The position numbers and the translations under genes are program-made. Shown here in pieces: positions 48,304-60,117 of a stretch of DNA of 64,000 nt. How positions within the stretch are numbered: position 1 is the stretch's first letter; each line of letters opens with the position of its first letter. Under the pieces are notes generated by a model, which was given only the letters and a program-made list of their open reading frames with translations, had not been told where the DNA came from and ran no database searches. The stretch is from Oikopleura dioica (taxonomy: Eukaryota; Animalia; Chordata): the NCBI GenBank assembly GCA_907165135.1, contig OU015568.1, forward strand, positions 5,704,001-5,768,000, in the 5' to 3' direction.

Positions 48304-48502
48304 TCTTAATCATGTATATAAAGCATGTTAATATCTCTTAAGACGATTAAATGTATAAGGAAGTACCTCTCCTCTTCGACTGAATTTGGTAAAAATCATT
48401 GCGTTAGTTCCAAATGTCACGATCGTAAAACTCCTCCTTGCGAAGAGAGACCTTTCAGTAAATCCAGATAAGATCCTGGTTTCTTCTTTCGAGATTTTCA
48501 AG

Positions 48503-50097
48503 ATGAAAAAGCTTTCGTTCTTTTTCTTATTTGCCGCGGAGAAAACAGTTTGCTCAAGAAGCTACTACTACTACGGATATCACAAGGAGGATCCTTATGC
48601 AGAGAGTCCTTGCTACTCGGACAACCACAATTGCCATCCGACCGAAAATTGCGTCCCAGAGGGTCAGCATCTTTACCAATGCTGCGATATGGGCTACAAG
48701 TACGATTACAGCACTCATTGTCGCCAGGGAAATCGTGAGTTTTGAGTCGAACGGGTCGAAAATTAGAAAAAATTCTAGCGCACCCGTGCCTTGAAAAAAA
48801 TACCTGTAATGATGGAGAGTTTTGCCATCGAATCGTCAAGCCAAATGAAGAAACTAACGATTACGAGTGCATCAAAAAGGATGACAAGTGCATCGGTAAT
48901 CGCTCGTACCAATCTTTATCTACCATTTTGAAATTAAGGGGTGGCAATGTGCACGGAGTTCTACCAAGGCTCCTGTTCGGCCAACAACAAAGAGGAAAAG
49001 CAACCAATCAGAATCGCTGTCAAGAGCGTTGACGACTGCTTCTGGGCTCCGCAACCTGTGTAAAAACCTGAGTCAGGGTCTGAGAAAATCTTTTTCGCGC
49101 CTTTCTAGACCCTGACTCAGGTTTTCAACACAGGTTTCGGAGCTCAGGACTGCTACAACGAGTGCAAAAACAACGAGGAATGCAAGGGCTTCGATTTGGA
49201 CGAAAAAGGTGGCTGTCTTCTTGCGTTTCAAGATTGCCGCGAGAAGGATTTAGACAAACACCCAATTTTCGAGTGAGGCCCCTTTTATAATAAGATTTTC
49301 AATTTATTTCAGAAAATACTCGGATCACAAAGACTTCTATTATTATTATCAAGAATACTACTGGAAAGACCAAAGCGTAGAGAAAAAGCAGCTCTCTTAC
49401 ACTTATTACCCAATGAAGGGATGTTTCACTCCAGGTTTGAGCACAATTCTAGCTGTCTGGCTCATTTTAGAGCTCTAGAACGGGATGAAGACTGCGACAA
49501 AACCCTCGCTGATCATCTTGAGGACATTTACTTTGATCTTCTCGGACGAATGGACAAGCTAGCGCCGGTTTTTCTCGCCCAATTCGCGAAAAAGAAAGAT
49601 AGAGAAAATGAAGAGCGCGAGTTTCGGAAAAAAGGAAAGTTCAAAAAATAATGATCAGACAAAAGCCGACAAAAAACCTGAGTCAGGGTAAAAGAGAAAA
49701 ATCCGCCAAGCCGATCTTTCGAACCCTGACTCAGGTTTTTAACACAGGTTTTCGAGCCGAGGCTTTCAACATTTATTGAACTAAGGAAAGTGATTATGCT
49801 TGTGACAGTACTCGGCTCGATTCTGGTTGTTCTAGCGTTCATTTTCGTTGTTTTTCGGATCGTAAGAAGCAGCCGAAAAGCTGACCCAGGAGTCCAAATG
49901 ACTGAAAATCGACAACATCATCAAAATCCGGCTCCGATTTCGGATTCATCTGTTACTGGCGTTGTTGCTCCTTTTCCATTCAACGGTAATCAGAGCAAAT
50001 AAAAACCATAATCAACGATTTCTATTAAGATTCCGCTCCAACATACTCCGAAATCGACGAATTTGGTTCAAATGTAAATCTCGCCAAGTCTTTTTAA
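48503..50097 (+). CDS. Type I membrane protein with EGF-like and PAN/apple-like domains
   Basis: Signal peptide, two Cys-rich EGF-like units, CTEFYQGSC...SVDDCYNECKNNEECKGF...GGCLL, TM VIMLVTVLGSILVVLAFIFVVF, and cytoplasmic PTYSEI. Confidence 0.65.
49042..49147. mobile_element. CTGGGCTC-TIR MITE forming an intron in the PAN domain (Introner-like)
   Basis: TSD GACTGCTT / GACTGCTA (49034-49041, 49148-49155). The element ends ...gagctcAG. Confidence 0.85.
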
Positions 50098-50459
50098 AAT
50101 CTGCACGTGACGAAAAAATGCATGAAAAATCAACCCTTTTCAAAAAATAAACAGAATCAAGACTCCTTTCTCCTCGTTTTTGTCCCATTTTGGAATCAAG
50201 GAAGACTCACACCCCGCGCCCTTGAACCCTAAACCGACTGCTTCCCAATTGGTCGCCCTGAGGCTTTCACATCGCGCGATTCATTGTCCCGCTGAAGAGT
50301 CGAGAAAAGACCAAATAATGAAAATGTACGTGGTTGCGTAATTACCCCGCACAATAGTGAAGAGAGAGAGAGTCATTGCTGCTGAGATGTTGATTTTTTG
50401 AATGCGCGCGCGTTTGGATCTGATTTAATCTTATTTCAATTTTTAAAAAAGAGAGAAAG

Positions 50460-52116
50460 ATGCTGGGGAAAACGACCAGGGAAGACTTTGAATGGGTTTA
50501 TTCGGACCAGCCTCATACTCAAAGAAGAACTCTGATGCTCAAGAAATATCCAGTGATTAAAACTCTCATGGGCGCAGGAAAGGCTTTATTTTCTCGCGTA
50601 GGAACAGACCACTAGATCGCCTTATACAACTATTATTCACAAGAAAAACAAAGTTTGCAAATATTTATTTTTTCATTTTATTCTGAAGCCAAAAAGATCC
50701 GAACGAAATTCTCGTCGTAACATCCATGGTTTTCGCCCAAGTCCTCGCCTGCTACTTTCTTCAAGATTCTTCCTGGTTCACCATCGTCCTCATGGCGTAC
50801 ATCTTCGGCGGAACCATCAACCATTCCCTGACTCTTGCGATTCACGATATTGGGCACAACACTGCTTTTGGAACGGGAGTCAAAAACGCGTGGAAAAATC
50901 GATATTTCGGCTTTGTCGCGAATTTGCCTCTTGGAGTTCCCTATTCTGTTACTTTTAAAAAGTACCATATTGGTAAGACCTTCCTAGAAAAAATCAAAAA
51001 GCCGCTTGCGGCTTCGAGCTCAAAAAAAAAAACAAAAAAGCCGCGCTTCGTGCGGCTCAAGCGTTTTTGGCTCGAACCGCAAACGGCTTATGGTTTTTCA
51101 CCCTGAATTTTATGAAAATTTTAAGATCATCATCGCTACCTGGCCGGAGATGGTCTTGACACCGATTTACCAACAGAATGGGAAGGAAAGTTCTTCACCA
51201 ACGGTCCACTCAAACTCCTCTGGCTCTTTTTAAACCCTCTTTTCTACGCGCTTCGGCCCATGATTGTCCGCCCCAAGACTCCAACTCACTACGAATTCAA
51301 GGTAAAACCCACCCAAATCGACGAAAAATGAGAGATTTAGAATTGGATTGTTCAAATTATCTTTGATGTTTGGATTTATCGATCTTTCGGAGGAAAGGCG
51401 ATGGCATATTTGCTCATTGGAACTTTTCTTTCGCTTGGAATTCATCCAATTGCTGGGCATTTTATCGCAGAGCACTACATGTTTGTCAAGGTAAGAAAAT
51501 GACTAAACTTTTTTTTCTTGAGAAAAACCGAGAAGTCGCTTGCGGCTTCGAGCTGTTTAGCCGCACTTGGCGCGGCTTAAATTTAACTGCACTCGAAGCC
51601 GCAAGCGGCTAATTGTCCCTGGAGCTCTAGAATTCATATCAAAATTAAGGGTGTCGATACCTTCTCCTACTACGGACCTTTGAACATGCTAACCTTCAAC
51701 GTCGGCTACCACAACGAGCACCACGATTTTCCGTTCATTCCGGCTTCGCATCTTCCCGAGCTGCGAAAGATCGCACCTGAGTTTTACGAAGAAGTTCCCC
51801 AACTTCAAAGCTGGATCATGGTTTTGTACGATTATGTGATGGACCCGAAAAATGGACCTTTCAATCGAGTTAGGAGAAGATTCGATGTTGATGGAAAAGT
51901 CGTCAAGCCAAAGGTGAGCATTTTAAGAGTATCCCTTCTTTAAAAATATCTCAGGAGGGAAGCAGCTACACTGACGAACACGCGCGATTAGGCAAGAACT
52001 CCGACCACGATCCTGTCTACCCAAATCAAGCCGAAAACAACAACTCTCAAGCTTCAATTTTCCGGCCAAGCTCAAATGTTATCGCCAAAAGCTTTCTCCA
52101 TGCCAGCCGAAATTGA
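50460..52116 (+). CDS. DEGS1: Sphingolipid delta(4)-desaturase
   Basis: [13 protein letters not shown], His boxes HDIGH, HIDHH and [38 protein letters not shown]. The first intron (50578-50696) is GA-AG. Confidence 0.93.
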
Positions 52117-54169
52117 TGAAAAGCCTAACCCTTTTTTTCTTTTTATTACATTTCTTAGTTCAAATAATAATAAAAGATTTACGAAAAGGCTGCATGAACC
52201 CTCTTCTGAAAATTAAAAATGCGTTTAAATTGAGATTGAACGAGTAAGCAGGACATTTTTCGGAAAATAAAGCAGAATTCATTTTTCAAAAATAGAAAAT
52301 AAAGGGCGGAACTCAAAATCAGAATTTTCCTCCTTGATTTCAAGCAATAAAAACTCGAAAACAAAAGCTCTTTCACTTGTTTTAGCGCTGTCTACTTTTT
52401 TTCTCGAAGTCGAAAACAGACCAGGGTCAAGTTCAAAAAAAATCTAAAATTCACACACTGTTATAATAATTTTTAATTTTTTTTTTGAAAAAATTATTTA
52501 TAATTTGCATACTCTGTAGTTTTCATTTTTAGTCATCCTTGATTTTTTTCAAAGCCGGTCTATATTAAATAGACTCTGACGATTAATCACGTGATAACAT
52601 TTTTTGAATGAAAAGAAATCGATCTCATGGATCGACCTTGTTTAAAAAAAGTAGACTTCAAAATGAACAACATAGAAAATTTTGCACAGGGTCATGGAAT
52701 GTTGACTTGTCTAGGGCGTGTTTGCTCTTTCAGCTCATAAAAAAAATGATGAAAAACTTGAAAATTTTAGTTTCCAAGCTAGAATTTTCAAGGAAAAAAT
52801 AATTAAGAACTTCATGTTTTTCCGTCAAAATAATACTGCTTTCATGAAGTAGCCAAAGTCGGGTAAAAAGAATGATTCGCTTAGTTTTGATTTGATTGAA
52901 AATAAGGGTGTCACTGTCTAAAAAGTCGAACTCAAAATCTCGATTCTCTTTTTTGACAATTATTTCAAAAAAAGGCTCCAAAAAAGAGGGCTAGAATGGC
53001 CATTTTTTCTTGCTGTTGGATGAAAAATGATAAGCACTAAAAGAAAGATAAGCTTTAAAGTTTAAACTTTTAAGAAAGTCCGGCCGAGGTCAGATTTAAT
53101 TCGTGACCTCTGCGAGCAGTCCATCTCGGAAGTAGGTCAGTCTTCATTTGTTAAACTCTCGATTGGTCGCAATGGTTTAGCCCTGTCCAATCAGGAGGGC
53201 CCTTTCGCCTCGATCTCGAGCTCAATTCCGCTTCTACGCGCTGAAACTAGTTACATAACTCGTATTTACCGATTTTTCACCTTTCTCTCGTCGATTTCGG
53301 CCACTTTTCGACCTCCCCAGGTCATCCAGAGAGTTAATAGAGAGTCCTGACCAATCATAGTCCTCCAGACTAGTTACGTAATAGCTATTACATAACTAGT
53401 AGTTATGTAACAATTTGAGAACTGGCCCAGTTGCGTTCAGACGCCATTTTTCACCAAAACGAAGAAAACAATAACGAAAAAATCGATTGCGAAAAACAAC
53501 TTCATTTCAATAATTACGAATTAGTTGCTAAGTATTATTTAACTGCTATTATAAAAGAAAATGGAGGGGGCTTATTGAAGCGGAAAATAAGTAATCGAGC
53601 GATGGAGGGCTTTGATTTAGGAATAAAATTTCACGCTCTATTGCATTTTTTCGATCCTGAAAAAGATTCTCCTTTTGCTTATGATAACAAAGTCACACCC
53701 TTATTGTTTCTCTGCAAAGAAACGATGAAGGTTTCAGCTTCCTTTTATCAAATTATATAAGGGTATCACTATCCATAATTTACCTGAAACCCATGAAAAT
53801 GTATTTGAGTTTTTAGTACTCTTATTGAGACTGTGCTCAGGAGCCTGTGTAGAAAACCTGAGTCAGGGTTTCAAATATCTCAAATGAAAAGCCGCGTAGC
53901 GGCTTTTTTCGAAAGTGGAGCCGCAAAGCGGCTTCGCTATAACATTGCAATCGAAAAAAAATTAAAGATCTTAAGACCCTGACTCAGGTTTTCAACACAG
54001 GTTGCCGGCTGGAAAATCGCTTGTAAATTTATATATATAGTTTCATATCTTGTGATTACTCTCACCCTACTCTTGAAAATATTATATAAGCGGTTGTATA
54101 AGACCTGTGAGAGTCTATTTTTAAGTCCATTGCTCAACACAGGCTTGTATTTAGAAGCGGTAGCTTCAG

Positions 54170-57100
54170 GAAAATGTAAATGTCGGTCGCATATCAAAAA
54201 ATGTGAAAAGCAGCGATGATCATCAAAACCAACGCATCCAGGGCGACGAGCTAGACGACACCTACGCCGACTTTTTCGACAAGTTTTTTGACGCGCGAGA
54301 GCGGCAAAATGAACATCTCCAGGTTTGAACTCCTCTTTGTTGCCTTCGAGACAATTTCTGTTTTTAGAAATCGTCGCCTCAGAATTCCGTCGAGTCTTAT
54401 CACGGCTCATCCGCGTCATCCCCCACCGAGTCAAACAGTCAGCCGCTGGAGAAGATTGTAACAAGAAGGAGGAATCGAGGCAGTGGAGATTCAAAACAAC
54501 TGGTTAGTTTTTAAGTTAGAACATACTCGTCTCACGCTTTAAGGACCCCCGTCAGCTTTTTTGAAAAATCAAATTTCGGAATTTTAAAATTTTGACCCCG
54601 GAAATGGATTCTATGGGTCAAAAAACGATTTTAAGGCTTTATTTTTTGGGGTCTATCTCGACTCCTTCACCCTTAAAATCGCATTTGAAAATTCGGAATT
54701 TCGCCGAAAATTGACGAATTTTGGCAAAAATATTGATTTTTCTTGGTCAAATCTTCGTCATATCAAGTTTTTGAAGCAAGTTTAACTTAAGGGTACATAA
54801 AGAACCAAAAATATGGTGTTTTTAAAAATTTCAATTTTTCGGAGGAAAAAGCTGACGGGGGGTCCTTAAATCCAAGCTTATAATAAGGGCGTCTCTACGC
54901 TTTGGGTTAAGAAAACTGGTATCTATTCAAAAGAAAAATAGAATAAGGGTGTTACCGTCTTAAATTTCCTCAAAGCCTTCTTGAAATGGGACTTTCTGTA
55001 AGAATTTCAAAAAATAATAAGACGGTGACACCCTTATTCTATTTTCAGATAGATACCAGTTTTCATAACCAAAAGACTAGAGACACCCTTATTTTAGCTC
55101 GGACGTAAAGCATGAGAGAATGAAGCGAAATCAAAATAAGGGTGTCCCTAGCCTATCCTTTTCCAAAGCAAGAAAATCATTAAAAATTCTAGCTCTGCGC
55201 TGTCTGCTCGGACAAATCAACCGGCTACCATTTCAATGCATTGACGTGCGAGGGCTGCAAAGGAAAAATTAAAAAATTTTGAATCTAATTTCAAAAAATC
55301 CAAAACTTAGAAAAATTCTAAGAATTAGAAACTTTCTTCTTGCGCTAAAGAGACTCTTTTAAAAACGACCAAAATCATATTCAAGACCACTCCTTCTCTT
55401 TCAGGATTGATTATTCCCGTCATAATTTAAATTAACCTAATTAGCCTAAAATGCCATTAAATTGGAATCGAAATTTAGTTAAGGGTGTCAACAAGCCTTT
55501 TTTCTTCAATTTTATTTTTGATTGTATACCCTTATTTTTAAGGGCCTCCCTTCAAAATCGATTAAAAAAAACTTTTAAATTCGTAAAAAAAATCAACCTT
55601 GTTGACACCCTTAAGCTTCAAACTAAGACCAAATCTTTAATTTCAATCAGGATTCTTCCGGTTAGTTCTAATTTTATATTTTCCGATAAATTCGACGATT
55701 GACATTTTTATTTTAAACACCTTAGTCGTTGCATCCGTGGGGACAAGAAATTTGCTTGCGGGTATGGGGTTCAATTGTTTTTCTCAAAGTAGAAAATCCT
55801 TTTTCTTATCTTTTATTATGAGTTCGAATAGGGCACATGGCTTAAAAATGTAATTGTATTAAAATTTTAAGGGATACTCACAGAGATCATTAATTCTGGT
55901 TCAATTATGCTGGCGTCTATGTGCCCTTTTTAGTTGAAGGCAGGGGTGTCCCTCGAAATTTTTTATGCAAGATTTTTTGGTTAGATTTATCATTGCCCCA
56001 CCCTTATTTTATTGTTCGATAACAGCAATTACAAAGCGCCTAAACTTATAATTTCGCTAAAATTTTGTCAGGAAAATCGTTAATTTTCCCGTTTTCCGAC
56101 TAAAATAAGCAAAAAAAATTAAGGGTGTCACAATGATAAATTTTCAAAAAAATTGCTCATAAATTATCTTCTCAAAATTTTTTTTTATTTAAGAATAAGG
56201 GGCCTAATTATTCAAAATTATCTTAAAATAGACGATAACTACCTTACTAGAGATAAGAAAGAGATCCCTTTAATTTCATGTGTTAAAAATAAGCTGTCAA
56301 AGACGCTCGGACACCCCTCTCTCTCGGATCCAGTCACCAGAATTTATTCCTTACTCTTCGTTGATTTCACTCGATTGGATGTTTTTAACAACTGGTGACT
56401 TAGGATTTGAACCGGCAATTTTCGCCGTAGCGTATTAACGGTCCTTTGACAAAACGTTGAATTCTTCTACGATATGGTGGCAACTGCGAGATCAACCGCG
56501 AGAACCGAAAGAAGTGCCAGTCCTGCCGACTTGACAAGTGCCGCGCTGCTGGGATGAAGGCGCAATGCGTTTTGAATGAAGGCGAACTTTTGCAAAAGAA
56601 GAAAATTATTGAAAGAAACAAGTAAGGCAGCAGAAAGAATAGATTCTTCCACGGGATTTTACGGTCCAGCGACGGACAGATGCACCTAAGTAAACTTATT
56701 CAAGACAAAATAGCAATTATCTTTTCTTTTTTGTCTTTTCGAATTTCAAAAATAACAACTGTCACTTACAGTAAGGATGAATTCCCTTCTTAATAATTTT
56801 TTTAAATTTAAAACGTCAGACCCCCTTAAATTTTCAATAATCTTTTGTTTGTCGGTCACTAAGTCTCGTTTTGTTATTATTTTTTGACGGATCGCTATGT
56901 CTAAGATTAGTTATCTACAGACGAATTATGACCAGTTATTTTGTCTTTTTCTCCACTAGCATCGTATAAATGCGGAAATAAACCGTCTTTTCTTCAGAAT
57001 AAAAAGAAGCATCAATCCCGTCTCACCTCTCAGCTCCGAAGAGCTCGACCGAATGTCCTTCATCGTCAAAGCTTACAAGTATGGATTTTTCTTGTTACAG

Positions 57101-58343
57101 TGATTTTCAGTCGGTTTTATAGAAAATGTTTTGCAAAAGAAATGCGCGTGGAAGAATTCATCAACGCCGACTTCTTCATCAACTGGAAATCGCTCAATCG
57201 ACAACGCGACAGCAACAGCTATAGTTCCGAATCAGGTACACACCATCCCTTTCTTCTAGCGAAACAAGGCTTAGACGTGAAATTCGAAGTCGTCCTCAGA
57301 AATCAAAGCAGACAAATCATCGAAATTTCAATCGACATGGAAAAAATTCTGCACCTCGCTGATGTCGCTACTTCAATGACTTTTGTAAGTTGAAACTTTT
57401 GGACCTTTTTTGAAGAAGGAATTTAGGATGTGGTTAATTTTGTGAAGGAAGTGCCTGATTTCAAGCAATTGGATGAGCAAGATCAAGTTATAATAATTAG
57501 AAATGCGGCTGTTGAGGTAAAGAAATTTCGGCAAAACCATAAAACAAAAAATATCTTAGGTTCACTTGCTCAACATCTGCGATTTCTACAACTGCGAAAA
57601 AGGCCAGATCGAAATCGGCCAGTGTTCGTATCCAGTTCACAAGCTCACTGCAGCAGGAGTCGCTTCATCGTTTCTAGAAAAATTCCAAAAATTCGTCAAA
57701 TCAATCTATTCCCTCCAACTTCGCGAAGAAGAAAAGGCCTTGGTAAGTCCTCTCTCCTCTTGACCATTTCGAAGTCCTCAATTAAGGCCTTGATGATTAT
57801 TTTATTCTCAGAAGACAGAGGTTCAAAAGCTGAGAGTTTGTCTCAAATTCAGGTTGGCGGTTTTTTGAAATCAAGGAAGAGTACCACCTTTTTGAGGAAT
57901 CATATGCGATGACACTGAAAGAAATTTTGGATGCGCGACGGGGAGCAAAATCAAAACGAAATATTTTCGCCGTAAGTCTGATTCTACAAGAGGGCCTTCT
58001 TTAATTGTTGATAAATCATGCCCCATTGGACCCCTTGATTATTGATATAGTGTACCCCTGTATTCTTAAAGTGTTCAAAATGACGACGTGACAACAAAAA
58101 GATGACTCATTTGCGAGTCACGTCGTCATTTTCAACACTCAAAGAACACAGGGGTATGCTATATCAAAAGTCGAGGGGGCTAAAAAGACCCCAAATCATC
58201 CCTCTTTTCAGGAGCTTATGTTCCTTCTCTCCGAGCTGCGGCGCCTCTCCGTCTCCTGCCGTCCGTATTTAATCGCCTTCTCCGATTCCTGCCACGATCA
58301 GTTAAACCCAGTTCTTCGCGAAATTTTCAGCCCCGTCGAATAA
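54170..58343 (+). CDS. Nuclear receptor of the NR1H/NR1I group (LXR/FXR/VDR/PXR/CAR-like)
   Basis: DBD [27 protein letters not shown]...CGYGGNC...RKKCQSCRLDKC (exons 55193-55262, 55651-55660, 55726-55761, 56472-56621). LBD signature FVKEVPDFKQLDEQDQVIII, LFSEDR, and AF-2 PVLREIF. The start codon lies upstream of 54170 and was not fixed. Confidence 0.9.
54543..54865. mobile_element. Kolobok-like MITE in a nuclear receptor intron
   Basis: ttaa|ggacccccgtcagcttttt ... aaaaagctgacggggggtcc|ttaa. Confidence 0.75.
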
Positions 58344-58549
58344 AAAACAACTCCAAAAGTGATGAGTCCCAATCAATTCTCCAATTCCTCCGACATACAA
58401 TAATATGGCCTTCTCCTTTTTCCGACAAGTCTGCATATCTATTTTATCAACTTTCTCTCTCTGTCTGTTTCTTTTTTCAAGCTTTTTCTCCTGAATTCAA
58501 AAAAAAAAATGTTTCAATACAATAAATTTGGATAATACTTACTCACCCG

Positions 58550-59530
58550 GCTTTTTTAAAATGTGCAATGAGCAAATATGCGGCTTTTCATGGCTTTTTC
58601 AAGAGATTTCACGGAAAATGGATCTTCTGAAAAACGAGAGAGCCAATTCTGAAAAAGAACTGTCGCTAGAATTGAAGAATTTGGAGCTTTTGATTCACGA
58701 GTGTAAGAAATTTATGCAACCAGTTGAAACTGCTATTGATGCGATTCGGGCGACTTTGAGTATGAAAATATCGTTTTGACGCCCTTAATTACCGATTTAA
58801 GGTGAAGAACGGAAGGCGAATTTATCGAATGAGGAGTTGAGAATTATGATAAATGAGAAGATAAAGAAGGATAGAATGGAAGTTCAGACGTTTATTTTTG
58901 ATCCAAACACGACGTTGTCGCTTATTTCGAAGTATATGGATGCTGAGGAGGACGAGCTAAAAGTCAGTTCTTCTATAGAAATCGACTATCTTCATGGTGA
59001 TGAAGATCAGTCCCATGCTGAAGATGACAAGAGCGTGGTCGATTCAGCTGAGAAGCAGCAAAATCAATCTTTGCCAGAGGTGCCAAAAGAAGATAAACAG
59101 AAAAGAAGACGAAGACAACGAGGAAAGAAAACAAAAGACGGCAATCAAGCTGTAAAGAAAATCGAAGAAGGAATGGAGAATTTATCTCTTCATCCTAAGA
59201 ATACCAAGGAAAATCAAAATACCTCGAAATCTCAAATAACGGAGAAAAAACCAAGGTACTATTAAAAAAATTTAATCCAAAGATAAGCCTTTTTTTTTAA
59301 GAAAAAGGAGGCCAAGAAACAGAACGAGAAGCGATATATGTTCACATAACATGATACTCTACAAGAAAAACGACTCAAATTACATTGATCATTTTTTGGC
59401 GCGAATAAATTCATGTGGTCATCAATTTGGCGGATCTTGCCTGGAAATGCTTTGCGTAGATAGACAATGTGGATATTGCCCAAAATGCAAAAGACCTTTT
59501 ACCATGGAAGACATTAAACCTGTTCATTAA
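58550..59530 (+). CDS. Coiled-coil/acidic protein with degenerate C-terminal C3HGC3-like RING
   Basis: Final exon (S)DICSH...CGHQFGGSC...CPKCKRPFTMEDIKPVH* ends at 59530. Upstream ORFs are 58528-58779 and 58837-59265. Confidence 0.55.
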
Positions 59531-59666
59531 GAGCTCATCAATAATATACTTGGAAAGCATTTATTTAAATTTTTAACTGTTCAGTATCGCCGTGAACTCT
59601 GCCAGTAATTGCTTGTAGTGCGGCGTTGATAGCTCCGGTCTGGTGAGAATTTCATGTAGCCTTAAT

Positions 59667-59954
59667 TTATTTGGTTTTCCTCTTGATCTCAACGATTTTA
59701 CCTTGATCGTAGAGATAAAGCAGCAGCAGTGGAATCTGAAACATCAGCACCAACTTGACCATTTCATAATTGTCCTTGATCTGTTTCGCCACCAGCGATC
59801 CAACCAGCAGAACAACAACAGCCCCAATTCCAAAAATGCACGTCGACCACATGACATCTTCATCCGCTTCCAAAAACTGGTCCCGATGCGCTTCTCTGTT
59901 CATTTTACCAAAAACACCCGCAAAAAGAAGAAAGGCGACGGAAAATCGCATCAT
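59667..59954 (-). CDS. Small secreted/membrane protein of unknown function
   Basis: MMRFSVAFLLFAGVFG signal peptide followed by two hydrophobic helices. The 3' end is probably spliced. Confidence 0.45.
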   Translation of the reverse strand: MMRFSVAFLLFAGVFGKMNREAHRDQFLEADEDVMWSTCIFGIGAVVVLLVGSLVAKQIKDNYEMVKLVLMFQIPLLLLYLYDQGKIVEIKRKTK

Positions 59955-60117
59955 TTTTTTTCGAAAATTGATCAAAAGGGGCTTCGAAATGGAGTTCTTT
60001 TTGTTGTTTTTCTGTTTATTGACCTTTTCAAACAGCTCAAAGGAGTCGCGCGAAGTCGTTAAAAAAGGTTCGGCGCCCGGACAACTGACCAAACAGATGA
60101 CAAAGGGTTTTTTTATT

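Noticed and set aside
55330-55346. Alternative micro-exon 'TFFLR' for the nuclear receptor DBD
   Set aside because: It has no usable donor and runs into a stop. The 55651-55660 exon gives the canonical GFFR with proper flanks.
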